Positions 37,212 through 49,531 of a stretch of 58,691 nt of DNA are shown here, piece after piece. The DNA is from Chara braunii (Eukaryota > Plantae > Charophyceae), in the NCBI GenBank assembly GCA_003427395.1, contig BFEA01000012.1:3227744-3286434 (forward strand). The letters run 5' to 3'. Each line of letters begins with the position of its first letter. Position 1 is the first letter of the stretch. Both the position numbers and the translations under genes were made by a program. The notes beneath the pieces were generated by a model. The model made no database searches and was not told where the DNA came from. It saw nothing but the letters and a program-made list of their open reading frames with translations.

Positions 37212-37885
37212 GTTCACAAAAGCCAACAAGCAAGGAAAGAACCAAGCACCGTAGTTCTCACACAAACCTCTGGAGAGAAGAAAAAAAATCCTGACACCTT
37301 CCTATAGAGTCTCTGCCTGTGTTCTAAACCGGGCCACCCAGGTCACCTTGTTCGATCGGGCCGCCCGGCTGGGCAAGGACCAGGGAAGGTTTCTGTAACC
37401 GCCCCCCCCCAAAAAAAGCGAAGAAGTCTAAAAAAGATTATGCTGTGCAGAAAAATAAACTGAACAAGTTTTGCCTCAGGATCTGACGAAAATTCTTTGC
37501 GAAACAAAAAAACAAAAATTAAAATTAATTTAATTAAACCAGGGCTGGTCCCCGGATGAAACCGGGGCCCCTCCCCCGACCGGGAGCCTGCCGGTCGGAC
37601 CGGCCGGTCGACCGGGCCGGCAGACTCCCGGTTGAGTCCAGCGCATTGCACTTTGGGTTGGGGAGGGGGGGTACGAGGAAGTCACGGGCATCCCCGCGAT
37701 TGTCCATCTCCAAGGAGGCCCCTGCCTCTGTGAAAAAAATAAAATCGGGGTATCCTGGCCCCATTTCTTAAGAAAAACGGGCGAAGGATATCCACCGCTG
37801 ATCTTTGCAGATCAACCGCCGAGAACTGCCACACATTTTTCTTAAGATGCGTGTGGGTCAGGTACGCCCCTTCTCCAATTTGTCC

Positions 37886-38209
37886 TCTTGTGGTCCAAAG
37901 GACCAGTTACCATTGGTAGCATATGATGCTCGTTCACCCTCAGCCACGACGGGAACACTATAGTCGTGATGAGGCTCCGACGAGATTATATCCTCGTGCG
38001 ACGTCCCTGCCATCTGTGGAAAAAGTTATGGGTTCGGATTTCAGAATCTTGTGGCCCAAAGGACCAGTTACCGTTGGTAGCATCCGATGCTCATTCACCC
38101 TCAGCCACGAGGTGAACACTATGCTTGTGATGAGACTCTGCCGAGATTATATCCTCGTGCGACGTCCCTGCCATCTGTGGAAAAAGTTATGGGTTCGGAT
38201 TTCAGAATC
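37886..38209. repeat. Tandem duplication, 2 x ~161 bp
   Basis: tcttgtgg.ccaaaggaccagttacc..ggttcggatttcagaatc occurs twice. Confidence 0.9.
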
Positions 38210-38357
38210 GTGATGATGTCAGAGCCGTCCGAGGTGCAATCCCAATAATGGACCTAAGCTATGTTCTTCTCTCTATCTATCTGGAATGGACTTTGCACCA
38301 CTACATGTATCTGGATAGACTGCCAGGCAAGATACTTCCATCATACTGATAACTCAC

Positions 38358-38452
38358 CTTACGTAGAAAAGAACAAACAGAAAACGCTCTGCCCCCACGA
38401 GCTGAAAGCTGGACCCATAACTCTTCTGCTGTCGAGCTACATTCTGGAAGAG
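38358..38452 (-). CDS. Multi-RRM protein exon (start of RRM3)
   Basis: cag|CT..AAG|gtgagt, phase 1/0 matches both neighbours: LPECSSTAEELWVQLSARGGRAFSVCSFLRK. Confidence 0.65.
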
Positions 38453-38879
38453 CTGTAAGTTCAGGCAAGGACCTCCTTTCATCATATGTGGTTCAGCTCG
38501 TGGGGTTGTCATTATCACATGACCTACTCCACGACATGCTCCAGCGATGGGGGGGTCAGATAAGTGAACTTGGTTATTTGACCCCTCCCCATGGAAGCCA
38601 TAGTTGCCTGAATATATCAATAACCTCTGGAAGCCCCTTGAAAAATATCGTACCTTCAAAATCTTATTGCGGATTCCGACAGCTCTCGAAGAGCGCAGTC
38701 GGAATCTGCCCCCCCCCCCCCCCCCCCTCCAAAAAAAAAAGAATATTTGCCATTATCTGGGCACTTTTTTTTTCAAAACCGGTTTCCCGGTTCACCCCCC
38801 CTGGCCTGGTCCGTCTCTGGCGGTTGGACCCAGGGTAACTCAACCGGCCGGTTGCCGGCGCACCACTGAATTAAACAAA

Positions 38880-39153
38880 TATATATCGTCGAATATCGTC
38901 TATATATATCGTCAAATATCGTCTATATATCGTCACAAACAGAACTGCCTGGTAAACCGTAGGCAGAGAGAGAGAAGAGGACAACAAACGAGGGGCTGTG
39001 ACAAACTGTTTCGTCGGAGTATATCTTGTCAAACAGAGCTTCCCGGTAAACCGTAGGGGCAGAGAGGCAGCGAGGGAGAAGAGGACAACAAAACAAACGA
39101 GGGGCTGTGACAAACTGTTTGGTCGGAGTTTCACCTACCTACTCATCAAGAGG
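38880..39153 (-). mobile_element. Partial-tandem, 5'-truncated hammerhead-bearing repeats
   Basis: Two modules containing aggggctgtgacaaactgttt; TA-rich runs at both ends. Confidence 0.7.
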
Positions 39154-39760
39154 TATATATATTTTTTATTATTTTTAATTCATTTTTGACCCGCCCGGGC
39201 AAGTGGTCCTGGGCCACTCTGGTAACACAGGTCTCCTCTCTTTGCCACCACGGATGAGGGCTAATAGCTAGCTACTGCTATTTTTCAAGCAGGTGATTTC
39301 AAAGTATTCACCTGCTTGAAAACAATATAGTAATATACACTTCTACGTTGTAACAGGTTCTAAATTGTAATGGTTTGGCCAGGAGGGAGCTGAGTGAAAT
39401 CGCTCACAAATCATGCCCTGATATGGCATCCAACCATTCCATACGTACCTGGGGAAGCCCATCAACAAAGAGTGTGGCAGATGCAGGATTGCCCTTGCTA
39501 TCCCTCACGTATAGTAAAGCGGGGTCCGGAACCCTGGCATCATACAAACGCTCTCCATGATGTAATCCAGGAAGGCGCCCTGAAAGAATACGAACAAAAG
39601 GGTGCAACAAACACAACAATACCGTATAGTCAGCGCATTGATACTGCGGCACAACACATTTGACGTGCGAACGCACCTCTCCGAGCCCACAGCCAGTTAG
39701 GCTACTGGTACGAACGAAACACAACTCCCACTGAAAAATCGCCATGAGTCTACGGCTAGC

Positions 39761-39868
39761 TACCGTCTTCCCCCGAACATGACGCACCCTAAAAATGAAT
39801 GTATACAAGCTATATTTCCGGCCAGATACAGCCAAAATGAGCGTGCGTTGCGTTCGGGGGAAGACGGT
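39761..39868. mobile_element. MITE family A variant
   Basis: taccgtcttcccccgaac..gttcgggggaagacggt; both TIRs carry matching changes relative to family A. Confidence 0.75.
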
Positions 39869-40037
39869 CGGCGCAGCAGGCCTTCAGACCCTCTGGACAG
39901 TGGATTCTGATAGCCCAGACTGGATGTATATACCTGCCGACATTAACGTCCGCATGTGCACTTCCAACCATCAAACTGGACTTTCGGACGTGCACAAGAT
40001 TCCCCTTTTTCTCACTATGTTCAGAGCCTCCTTCAGG

Positions 40038-40162
40038 TAACATGAATCGCGTTGGTGCTATAGAGCAAAATGACCTCAGCTAACACGAATCGCGTTGGTG
40101 TTATAGAGCAAAATGACCTCAGCTAACACGAATCGCGTTGGTGTTATAAAGCAAAATGACCT
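40038..40162. repeat. Tandem repeat, 3 x ~42 bp
   Basis: taacacgaatcgcgttggtgttatagagcaaaatgacctcagc. Confidence 0.9.
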
Positions 40163-40729
40163 ATAACAAAATGACCTGTAGTGGCAGAAAAATGTTTCCC
40201 TTATCTTTCAGTTCTTCGAATGGTGTCAACAAACACCCCACCCAGACACCTCCAGACCCCCATTACCTCTCCTCTGACAGCCCCGGAGCCTTTGTTTAAT
40301 TAATAGGCACCCCAGGATATCGTTAGCGAAAGGCCCAAAACCCAGGTTATCATGAGGATCCACTCCATTTTAGCATATCCCCACCAACAAGCCTTCACAT
40401 GCGAGGCACAGGCAAACAAAGAGCGCCGTGCATGGAACAAAGGCAAAGAAAGAAAGAAACATCTAGCAGAGAAGCTGGGGGATGAAAGGGAACAAAAAAA
40501 AAAAAAAAAAAAAAAAAAGAAGGTGATCTGGTGTGTGTATGTATGTGCGTCTTGAATTTTCACCACAACAGCCCCTATCTATTCCCCACCCAGAGGAGTA
40601 GGTCCAAAATCGAAGCAGCAGCTTTTTTAATCCTATAGCAGACGATGAAGGCCCTTGAGTTGAGACAATCCAACAATGAAACAGTTTACCTGGGTGCTAT
40701 AGCAAGCAAGCAACATGGAGCATGTCTGT

Positions 40730-41195
40730 TGTCAGACTGTTTCGCCGGACTCGGACTTTCACCGACTCATCAGGAGGGCGTTGAACCACGATAGTCTGCC
40801 CAGGATGCATTTGACTGATGGATAAGGACTCGTCACATCGCCCAGAGTTAGAGAGAAGCGGTTAACAAGAGCCCTAAATTTTCAGGGCAGGGTTTTTCCA
40901 GGGTCATTATAACAAACTTCCCACACCTTTCAAGCCACAGACTTGTCACCAGTCCATAGAGTGCTTGGGGGGTGTTAACCAGGGCTTAAAAGTCGGGGTC
41001 CTTCTTAACCGCTTGTGCGGAGTTAGTGATACCCACCCTTGAGAGAGAAAAGTGGTCGCCTTTTTCTCACACCAACCTTGCAATCCTACCAGACTCTGTC
41101 CAGGTTCAAACCCCCGACAAGAACAGCGGTAAGTCTGAGAAACTAATCTGACAAATAATCACAAATTCATAAAACCCATTCTACACACCCACTCA
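40730..41195 (-). mobile_element. Hammerhead-bearing repeat, subfamily 2 (RRM-gene intron)
   Basis: Homologous to 11879-12170, with an extra internal segment. Confidence 0.7.
40733..40798 (-). ncRNA. Hammerhead ribozyme copy, subfamily 2, degenerate
   Basis: CAGACUAUC..CUGAUGA-GUCGG-ugaaagu-CCGA(guccggc)-GAAA-CAGUCUG; core intact, mismatches in stems I and III. Confidence 0.7.
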
Positions 41196-41211
41196 GCTAT
41201 GTGTGTCTGTG

Positions 41212-41302
<91 letters not shown>

Positions 41303-41510
41303 CCATGGAAAGCGGCCCTCTGCACTTGCCATCAAACTGGAGCGCCGACTGTCTTATCCTCTGTGTGAAGCTGCTAAGAGAGGATGGCACGACTTCGGCG
41401 CACACAGGAGCCGGTTCGCACACAAACAAGATATCTCTTCCATTTTCCATGGGACACAAACAACTGAGAAGGGGGCATTTGAGCTCAAGAGTATTGACTA
41501 GAGGTCTCAC

Positions 41511-41628
41511 CCGCCACTGCAGTCGGGTTCTGCACTCCGGAACCACCAATGATGTCACGCCTCTGGTCCGCCGCTTGCTTGGAGTAGTTCACTTGCAGCG
41601 GTCTCTTCTGGGTCTTGTCGCAGTAGAG
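41511..41628 (-). CDS. Multi-RRM protein exon (RRM2 beta4)
   Basis: cag|CTC..G|gtgaga, phase 0/1: LYCDKTQKRPLQVNYSKQAADQRRDIIGGSGVQNPTAVA. Confidence 0.85.
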
Positions 41629-41857
41629 CTGGTACAGGACCACAGCACGCACTCAAAGAAAAAAGGTCAGTCCATCCTGTCCATTGCTGTGCATTTTTTT
41701 TCTCCACCCAAAAAAGCTAAAAAACAAACTAGATTGCAAAGAGGAAGACATTGATGAATAACACGTACCACAACCACGCCCCGTCTCAAAGGCCTCTGAG
41801 AGAAAAAAAACTCAACAGAAAAAGCACCAACTGCCCTTGACCATGGCTGCATTCCAG

Positions 41858-41929
<72 letters not shown>

Positions 41930-43365
41930 CATGAGCGGCAGTCAAGTGACCACATCAGCCAACTACTTGCACTGGCGATGGATTCGCAACAATCCTCGAG
42001 TCAAATCCTTCAAATCCTCTTCTCTCAGAGGCGCTGCTCCACTTACGCCATGTTTGTGCTACAAAGGAAACCACAAACCTTATCTTTAAAGCAATCACCG
42101 TCACGTAAGCATCATCTAAAGCTGGCACCGGTCGGATCAGACAGAAGCTTCCAAGGGCTCTCCATTTTTTTTATTTTTATTTTTTTTGGCTCTTCATTTC
42201 TTCTTATTCCAGAGACTAACTCCAAATTATGCATGCACACTGCACAGTGAAAAACAGGAAGCTGCGAGATGCATGACACGTTTCGGCGGTGCGCAAGAAT
42301 ACTCCGTTTGGTACAGATGCAAAAATAGCCTTTCGGAAGACCACCACAGCACATAGCGACACGTGCCATGCCTGTCACCTTGAGGCACGAACCTCTTCAC
42401 CGTTCTTCGTCATTTCATGCACGCTTATTTAAAAAAAAAAAAAAAAGATACATCATACATCATACATCATACAGGGAAAGAAAAAAAAAAAAAAAAAAAC
42501 AATCGGCACACATAGCACCAGCCGCTCGTCGACCCAATGCCCCACTAGATCAATCCAGTGCTGAGGTTGTCAAACTCCCGACTGACAACTGACGTCTTTC
42601 CCCTCCCTTCACGCTCTTCGAGCTATAATCCATTGTCTGGCGCACATGCACAAAGCAGACTGCAGCCTTCTGCAGAACAGAACACAAAAGTCTTTGTATC
42701 TCTAGATTCTCTACCCAACCTCGAGATTGTCCTCGATACCAACAAAACCGCGTCCCGTATCGTTTGGGAGAAAAGAGGAGGAAGATCATGCGGAATGGTA
42801 CTAAAAAGCCATATACTGTCAGCCCTTTAGTTACATATTCATACGAAAATATTAAAATAACGAAAGCAGCCCATCAGAAGTTCAACACGCGGTAACCGAA
42901 GTTCTGAAGACTGAAATATGTTTTTTATACTTTGTTTTTTTTTTTCATTCATACTAAAGAAAAAGCCCTATCAATTAGTCTTTTTTTTATCGGACTCGAG
43001 CCCGGTAGAGCCATGACTTGCTGACATGTCAGCCTTTTAGTTATATATTATTTGAATTTATTTATTTCTCCAACAAAGAGAATGAATATGCGTCTCGTAG
43101 CAAATTTGTACATCACGACTTTACGGCATCAACAAACTCAGGTAGCATCTAACATGCCCTTTTTGAGGCTTTGAGCATTAAAAAAAAGGATAAGATGACG
43201 ACAACTACGCATATGCTACAAAGTGCGGCGAATCAACAATCCATGCTCCGAGAACGACATAGACGACCATGGCAAGACCCGGAAGCCGCAAATATACCAG
43301 CAAAATTGAAAAAAAACACCATTATTCTTTTTTCCCTTCTTTTTTAAGTTGAGAAAAACGAGTCG

Positions 43366-43474
43366 AAATTTTGAACCACTTCTCGATTTATGCGTCTCCT
43401 CCTTGCTTTCAGAGGGCCATGCCAATCTTCTCTTTTTCTGTATCGTTCCAATTTTAACAGACGTCCCGAAGGAC
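43366..43474 (-). pseudogene. U6: U6 snRNA pseudocopy
   Basis: GTCCTTCGGGACGTCTGTTAAAATTGGAACGATACAGA(AAAAGA)GAAGATTGGCATGGCCC..GCAAGGAGGAGACGCATAAATCGAGAAGTGGTTCAAAATTT; insertion in the ACAGAGA box and AGC triad changed to GGC. Confidence 0.9.
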
Positions 43475-43494
43475 AAAAAGTGTCGAAAACTCAC

Positions 43495-43626
43495 CATCAT
43501 TCTATGCCGTTCTGCAACTGCGGTAGGCACGTCTCCAAATGTGACGAAGCCTGAACGCATCTCCCCAGCACCCAGCTCCTTCTTGCTGAGGCTTATCTGT
43601 TGTGCCAATGGGAACATCTTTTGCAC
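43495..43626 (-). CDS. Multi-RRM protein exon (RRM2 helix 1 to RNP1 to helix 2)
   Basis: cag|GTG..ATG|gtgagt, 132 nt: VQKMFPLAQQISLSKKELGAGEMRSGFVTFGDVPTAVAERHRMM. Confidence 0.85.
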
Positions 43627-44278
43627 CTGTACACGGAAGTCCGAAACTTTCAAGGTTCTGTCAGCTGACGAGTTCGCTATCCAACATCAAGATCAGCAGA
43701 TTCAGCACCATCCCCGCACCGATCAGCTTTTGGCACAACCAATACCAGATTTGCATCAGAGCACATACAGAATACCATGAGGAAGCGATGCCGCAAAACC
43801 ATTTCCAGCTTTGCCTTGGAATCCTAGGAGCACGTAAAGTACAAGCAAGCAAGCATATGAAAAAGAACCATCATCACCAGGAGCCCAAGTCCTAGACCAT
43901 AGTGTTCGTTTATGTAACAGACGAAACCCAAAGGTCTCAGGAAAGCTTAGGAAAGCGGAAAACACTGCAAAAAACAGGCGATACCCAAGGGCCTCAAGGG
44001 CTGAGCACTTGTCGGGGCAGCAGGGATCTGACCACAACGGGCGTCAGTGGCTAAGCACTCGTCAGGCTGTCCGGGTCCGCCTCTGAGGAAATGCACATCA
44101 ACCACACAGATCAATCATCCAGTGTTGTGAGACCAGCAGCATTCCCACTGTTCTCCGAGTCCAAACTGAAGACAGATATTCCAGAAACCATTTGGGACCA
44201 TTTTCTTAACGTAGCACAGAAAGAAAAAGCACGCAAACGAAAGACTGACGAGGTAGAAATGAGAGAGCGCGGCCTTTC

Positions 44279-44557
44279 CTGCTCGACAGTAATGCTTGGC
44301 TCGAAGTTCGACACAAACAGCGTACTGCATGGTGGGTTTCCGAGACGATCCACTTCCCCCATTGTGACAGCAACATTCCCCGCCGGTGGCAGCAAATGTC
44401 CCAGACCCTTCATCAGTTGGGGAGGGCCCATCATACCATTTGAAACAAGGTCAAGCGGCGGCCCCAACGAGGGTGCGAGCGATTGCAGACCGCCAGAGCT
44501 AGAATGACCATAGCTTGATGCCATCGATGGACCGTGCCCTAGAAGGTTTCCAAACGC
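44279..44557 (-). CDS. Multi-RRM protein exon (linker plus RRM2 RNP2, NPPCSTLFVSN)
   Basis: cag|GCG acceptor. NPPCSTLFVSNF resembles the NPPCxTLFV/IxNL motif of Whi3/Scw1-like and plant U1A-like RRM proteins. Donor inferred as non-canonical CAG|gaaagg. Confidence 0.8.
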
Positions 44558-44563
44558 CTGCAC

Positions 44564-44628
<65 letters not shown>

Positions 44629-45508
44629 TCCGACATGAAATGCAAGAACCACAACATCCAAGTACCACAGGCCCACACAAATCTCCTAGCACAACCAGAA
44701 TGACCTTCACTTTCTACATCGGGGCTATTCGTTCGTTCTACATAACAAACGTCAGCCATGTGGCAACATCTCTGAGCACTGCAGAAAAAAGAGGAAAAAA
44801 GGAAAGGCGGGGAAAGGGGCGGGAAGGGGGCGGGGGAATCCAGAGGGGAACTTGCTGCTCACGTTTGCAGTCAAGCACTTGTCCCCATCTTTAGCAATCC
44901 ACTAAACTACAGTGACCTACCATATTGGACCCGGAAGCTCTCCACACACCATGCTGTGGTCAGATTTGCACTTCATAGACGTTCAGATTGCTTTTTAAAT
45001 AGGTTGTGAGCACGCATTTCCGCTTGTGAAACCCAAAAGATTTAAGTCATTAAATAAACTTAAAGCGGGCAGGATAGATTCCAGTTCTGCTCATTTGGTG
45101 AAGTTCCTCAGTGCTAATTAGCATTTGCAGGCTTCGAATTTGAAACTGTTCGCTGGAGGATTTACAAACCATCAATTGTGTGTGTTTCGTGTCGTTCACA
45201 CGCGAATATTCATCGTTCTTTTCTTCTTTCATTTGAACTGTTTTCAACATCCGTTGTTGAGGAAAATGCGTGCTCGCTCTTCAGTCAGTTAGCATTTCAC
45301 ATACAAATTTTTCTTTTTCTTTTTTTTTCATTTGAAGTTTGAACTGTTTTGAGCATCCACTGTTGAGGAAAATGCGTGCTCGCTCTTGAGTCAGTACGCA
45401 GTTGTTCAGTACACCATCAAGCCGTCAGTATCCGTCACAATCAAGAGGATCGACCACTCTGTTAGGCTCGATAGCCTTCACCATCCGTCGCAATCAAGAG
45501 GGGAGGGG

Positions 45509-45550
<42 letters not shown>

Positions 45551-46381
45551 CTCGATCGACCACTCTGTTAGGCTCAGGGCTGGGTTCGAAGTTCGGACGC
45601 AGAACGTCAACACACTCGCAACGGACGAAGTCAGCGTAATTATCATTCCATCACACCATTTTGATGCTCCAGATCAAAGTCGACAATGGGAACGCATGCC
45701 AGGTGTTCGCCACCCAAAATAGAGAAAAAGAATCCATTTCAAAAATCGAACAAGCCAGCCATCAAGGAGAAATCAAAGACCGCAGCTAAAAACCATCCAC
45801 AGTACGCAAGGCTCTTAGACATATGCATAGACAAGGCACACAACCATTCAAATTTCAATATACCAGAAAACAGAAGAGAAAAAGAAGCACGTAGAAGCGA
45901 AAAGAATTTGGTCGCTAGACCTGTGAATTGAAAGGGATGCATATCAGAGAACTCAAATAGGGGTTCAGGTGGGAAAGAACATCGGAAAAGAAAACACACT
46001 ACACCCAGTGACTCTTCTGTACACAGGCCCTCGTCACACCTCGTAAAATACCAACATAACTACTGCTCACACTTTGAGTCGTCGGTTGTGTCATTTCATA
46101 ACTTTACAGATTACGAGAACGAAAACGGCCGCTATGGATTAGAAATACATACGCATACCATCACACATGCAAAATCTGTCAGCGGAACTTCAAAACAGGT
46201 TGTCGCAGGCACTGCCGCACAGCATGGAACATCAATCACCCATCCAACCACAATTTCGTTCTTCTGCCCAGATAGACTCTTCATCATCCCAGGCGTATAT
46301 GGACGTGTGGACAGATCCACAGATCGTCCATCATAGCCAGCGAAGTAGCGCAGGCCGCTCAAGAACACAGGAAGATAGTAC

Positions 46382-46490
46382 TACAGTCTTCACCCGAATA
46401 GAACCCCCGGTCATTATACCCATATTTGGTGCAATTTTCAGTCCAGATACAGCTATAATAACCGGGCGCTCTATTCGGGTGAAGACGGTA
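46382..46490. mobile_element. MITE family A
   Basis: tacagtcttcacccgaatag..ctattcgggtgaagacggta. Confidence 0.8.
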
Positions 46491-46621
46491 GTATCCACAT
46501 TGTCACGCAAAGATGCCATGGCACAGATGTCGAGAACACAGGGAACAAAGAAACCCATGTTTGGAATGCATTTACAGACTTAACTTTTCTTTAGACTGCC
46601 GCATACTTGCCCCCAGCGCAC

Positions 46622-46686
<65 letters not shown>

Positions 46687-47027
46687 AATTGGGCTGCAAC
46701 CAGACAGCTAACTGAAACTCGCTCGCAACCGTGACTGAACTGCCAACCCAAACTCCAACCCATGACTGAGCTGCCAACCCTAACTTCATCTGCATTTCAC
46801 CCTTCAGATGTCACTGGACTGCAGACACCATGATCCAAATGCATTTCGTGTGGGCGGGGGGGCAAGTTTCCGATACCCTAACCCTAACCGCGCCATACTT
46901 TTCTCGTTTTTTTTTTCTTATTTAAAGAAGAAAAGAAAGAAAGAAAGTCTTGGGCTCCAACAATCTTTGTTAATAAACCAAAAATAGACCTGAGATGTCT
47001 GACATTGTTGCAAACATTGGTCCTGAC

Positions 47028-47295
47028 CTCATGTCCAAGATGATCAAAATGATCAAAATGATTCGCCAGCGGGCCCGAAGATGCCTGATAGGACAGCGCA
47101 TTATCACTCAGCTGGCTTGGAGGGTAAACACCATAGGCACCACCATCATGCCCCCCCCCTCCAGGCAGTGACGAGGCAGTATCCCAGAGACCACCAACTG
47201 GCATTCGGCCTGCCATCTGCAGGAATGCTTGTTCGGCTCCAAGAACTGCACCAGCTGGCGCTGAATGCCCATTTCCAAGGGTATCAAATGTTCGC
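47028..47295 (-). CDS. Multi-RRM protein exon (G/S/P-rich linker)
   Basis: cag|G..GAG|gtcagg, phase 2/0, open frame RTFDTLGNGHSAPAG..MAGRMPVGG..DHLGHE. Confidence 0.75.
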
Positions 47296-47722
47296 CTGCA
47301 CCGATTAACACAAAAGGCAAGAGAGATGACACCGACACAGAAATCGCTCCTTCAGTGACGCAAACACCATTTCTGCTGAAAACCCTGAGATCAGGGTCTT
47401 GAAAACTTGTCAACTCGTCACCATTATCACAACAGCGAAGACCAATCCGCCTGGAAGAATAACAAGCGTACCACAACAATCACCAGCAAATGAAGAGCGG
47501 TCCCATTTGACATCTGGGAGGAGAGCATCGAATTGCAATTCCTCTGCTGCTTAAGCCATACTCCGCAGTCGCCAAATCTTCTTTATCTTATTGTCCCGAT
47601 TGAGCGCAAAGCTTATACGCGGCCATTTTTTTGTGGAAGCATGGTGTACAAGCAAGAAATCAGAGAAATGCCTAAGAGTCTAGTGAGAGATTCAAAAATA
47701 AGCTTGGAGTCGGCCCGCTTAC

Positions 47723-47768
47723 TTCTGTTTAACAAAGTTGATGATCATCTTCTCTGGCCATTCCTCCT
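47723..47768 (-). CDS. Multi-RRM protein exon (RRM1 beta4)
   Basis: cag|AG..AA|gtaagc, phase 1/2: EEEWPEKMIINFVKQK. Confidence 0.75.
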
Positions 47769-48508
47769 CTGTGCATAACAAACAAGCGAGCAGCCACAAC
47801 AACCACAGCGTCAGCAAGCTAGTTAGCGAGAACACAGCTTCGCACCCGCCACCATGACGCACACGCACAAAGAGAACCTGCAGCCCAAGGCAACCAGCAC
47901 AAGAGGGCAAAAAAGCGGCTACTGGCCGCAGGTGTGGCAGAGAGAGGGAAGACAGTGTCGATCAGCCATGAATGACAGCAGAAAACAAAATTGAAAGATT
48001 AACTTGACAACCCCATGAGACGACGCAGTCGATCGTGCAAATCGTAAGGAAATAGGCCTCGCTCCACTACGACTCTCGACATGCGCAAAAGATAAATATC
48101 ATGACGATGTATCTTCTTTCCTAGTTACAGTGGACGATTCACTCTCGTTTTGCCGCACATTTCGAGAGTAGTAGTGGAGCAAGGCCCAGAAAAAAAACCC
48201 AAGGGGGAATGAGAGCACGCAAAGAGAGGTTGCAAATGAAGAGAAATGATCGACTGAAATGAAACAAACGCCAAAATGAACGCAAATGTCAGAGGTTGAT
48301 GGGAATTTTGGTGAGACAGAACATCGGAGGTTACCAGTACTGACTGACAAGCTACGTACAAATCCGTAGCGGGAAGGCAGGTTTATAATACTTTATATGC
48401 ATCTAATAGCCAAAGACGCAAGACATCATCATAAGCATCAGCCAGCATACACTTTATAGCCTAAACCTTGGAGATGAATGACACATGCGAAACGTTAGAA
48501 GACAGCAC

Positions 48509-48574
48509 CTTTATGGTGCTGTAGTGCCTTCCGCGCAGACGCCGCATGCTCTGGCTCTGTATATTCCACAGTGC
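48509..48574 (-). CDS. Multi-RRM protein exon (RRM1 RNP1/helix 2)
   Basis: cag|GC..AAA G|gtgctg, phase 1/1: TVEYTEPEHAASARKALQHHK. Confidence 0.75.
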
Positions 48575-48672
48575 CTGGTAAGACAAATGACCACAGCATC
48601 ACCAATTGCGATCCGACCATCAGACTACAACTCCACACCATGTCTTACCCTTCCCTTAGACGCAGGACTCAC

Positions 48673-48699
48673 AATACTTTCCTCGAAACGACGGTTTGC
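48673..48699 (-). CDS. Multi-RRM RNA-binding protein, 27-nt microexon (RRM1, RNP1 start)
   Basis: tag|GC AAA CCG..TAT T|gtgagt, phase 1/1: KPSFRGKY(C); joins next exon to give RGKYCTVEY. Confidence 0.65.
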
Positions 48700-49423
48700 C
48701 TAGATAACCGAGAAATCACAGCTATTACTACGGAACCCGCACTGTTGTCCCTCAACATACAACACCCAGGGGTTACACTCGTGCAGTTAGAACAAGCATT
48801 GTTTTCCTTCAATACTGGCCATGTCATTCGTTGAGGAGAAGACCGCAAACACTTCTCTCTTAACAGAATGTGTTCTTGAGAGGCAACCTTTCTGGCTTAT
48901 CGTCAGTCAATCGTTTCGTTTGGCAAAATGAACACCTTGGCTCCTCCTCTCTCTGGCCCTCTCATCTTCTGCTTTCTCGCCAGGGGATAGCGCTGTCTTC
49001 GTTGCAGGCCATGTATCTAGTACCCAAGACAACTCTGTCATCATAGTGTCACAACTTTCCTAATCAGTGACCACCCAACTTGAGGAAACACCCGTTTAGA
49101 TAACCTATCCGGGTCACAAGCCCGAAAGCTCACGTTCCCCCGTCCTTCATTCCCCTGCACACGGCCTAACTGGACATCGAAATCACAACCCCAAACGTTC
49201 GTGCATTCCGCCTGTCCTCCTGTCCTCCAATCCTCTCCACAAACCCTCACAAACGTCCTCTCCCAGAGCTCAAACTACAAGCAGGCACTCAGACGGACAT
49301 GTGTAATGGCTACTGGACCAAAACTGCATTCCGCTCTGTGGTGAGCGTTCCTGCAAGGAGTGTGTCATCCACAACTCTCACAGAGGACTTGTGGACTGGG
49401 CAAGACATCGACCAAACTGCGTC

Positions 49424-49531
49424 TACCTTCTTCACCCGAATAGAACGCCCGGTCATTATCGCTGCATCTGGACTGAAGCTGGGCCAAATGCAGCTATAAT
49501 GACCGGGCGTTCGATTCGGGTGAAGACGGTA
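49424..49531. mobile_element. MITE family A
   Basis: taccttcttcacccgaatag..cgattcgggtgaagacggta. Confidence 0.8.

Noticed and set aside
37960-37990. GTGATGAG..GACGAGA resembling a hammerhead core
   Set aside because: Core deviates and no stems I or III can be formed
42550-42675. Candidate RRM exon (..TMDYSSKSVKGGERR..)
   Set aside because: The 41511-41628 exon (KRPLQVNYSK) completes RRM2 better and continues in phase
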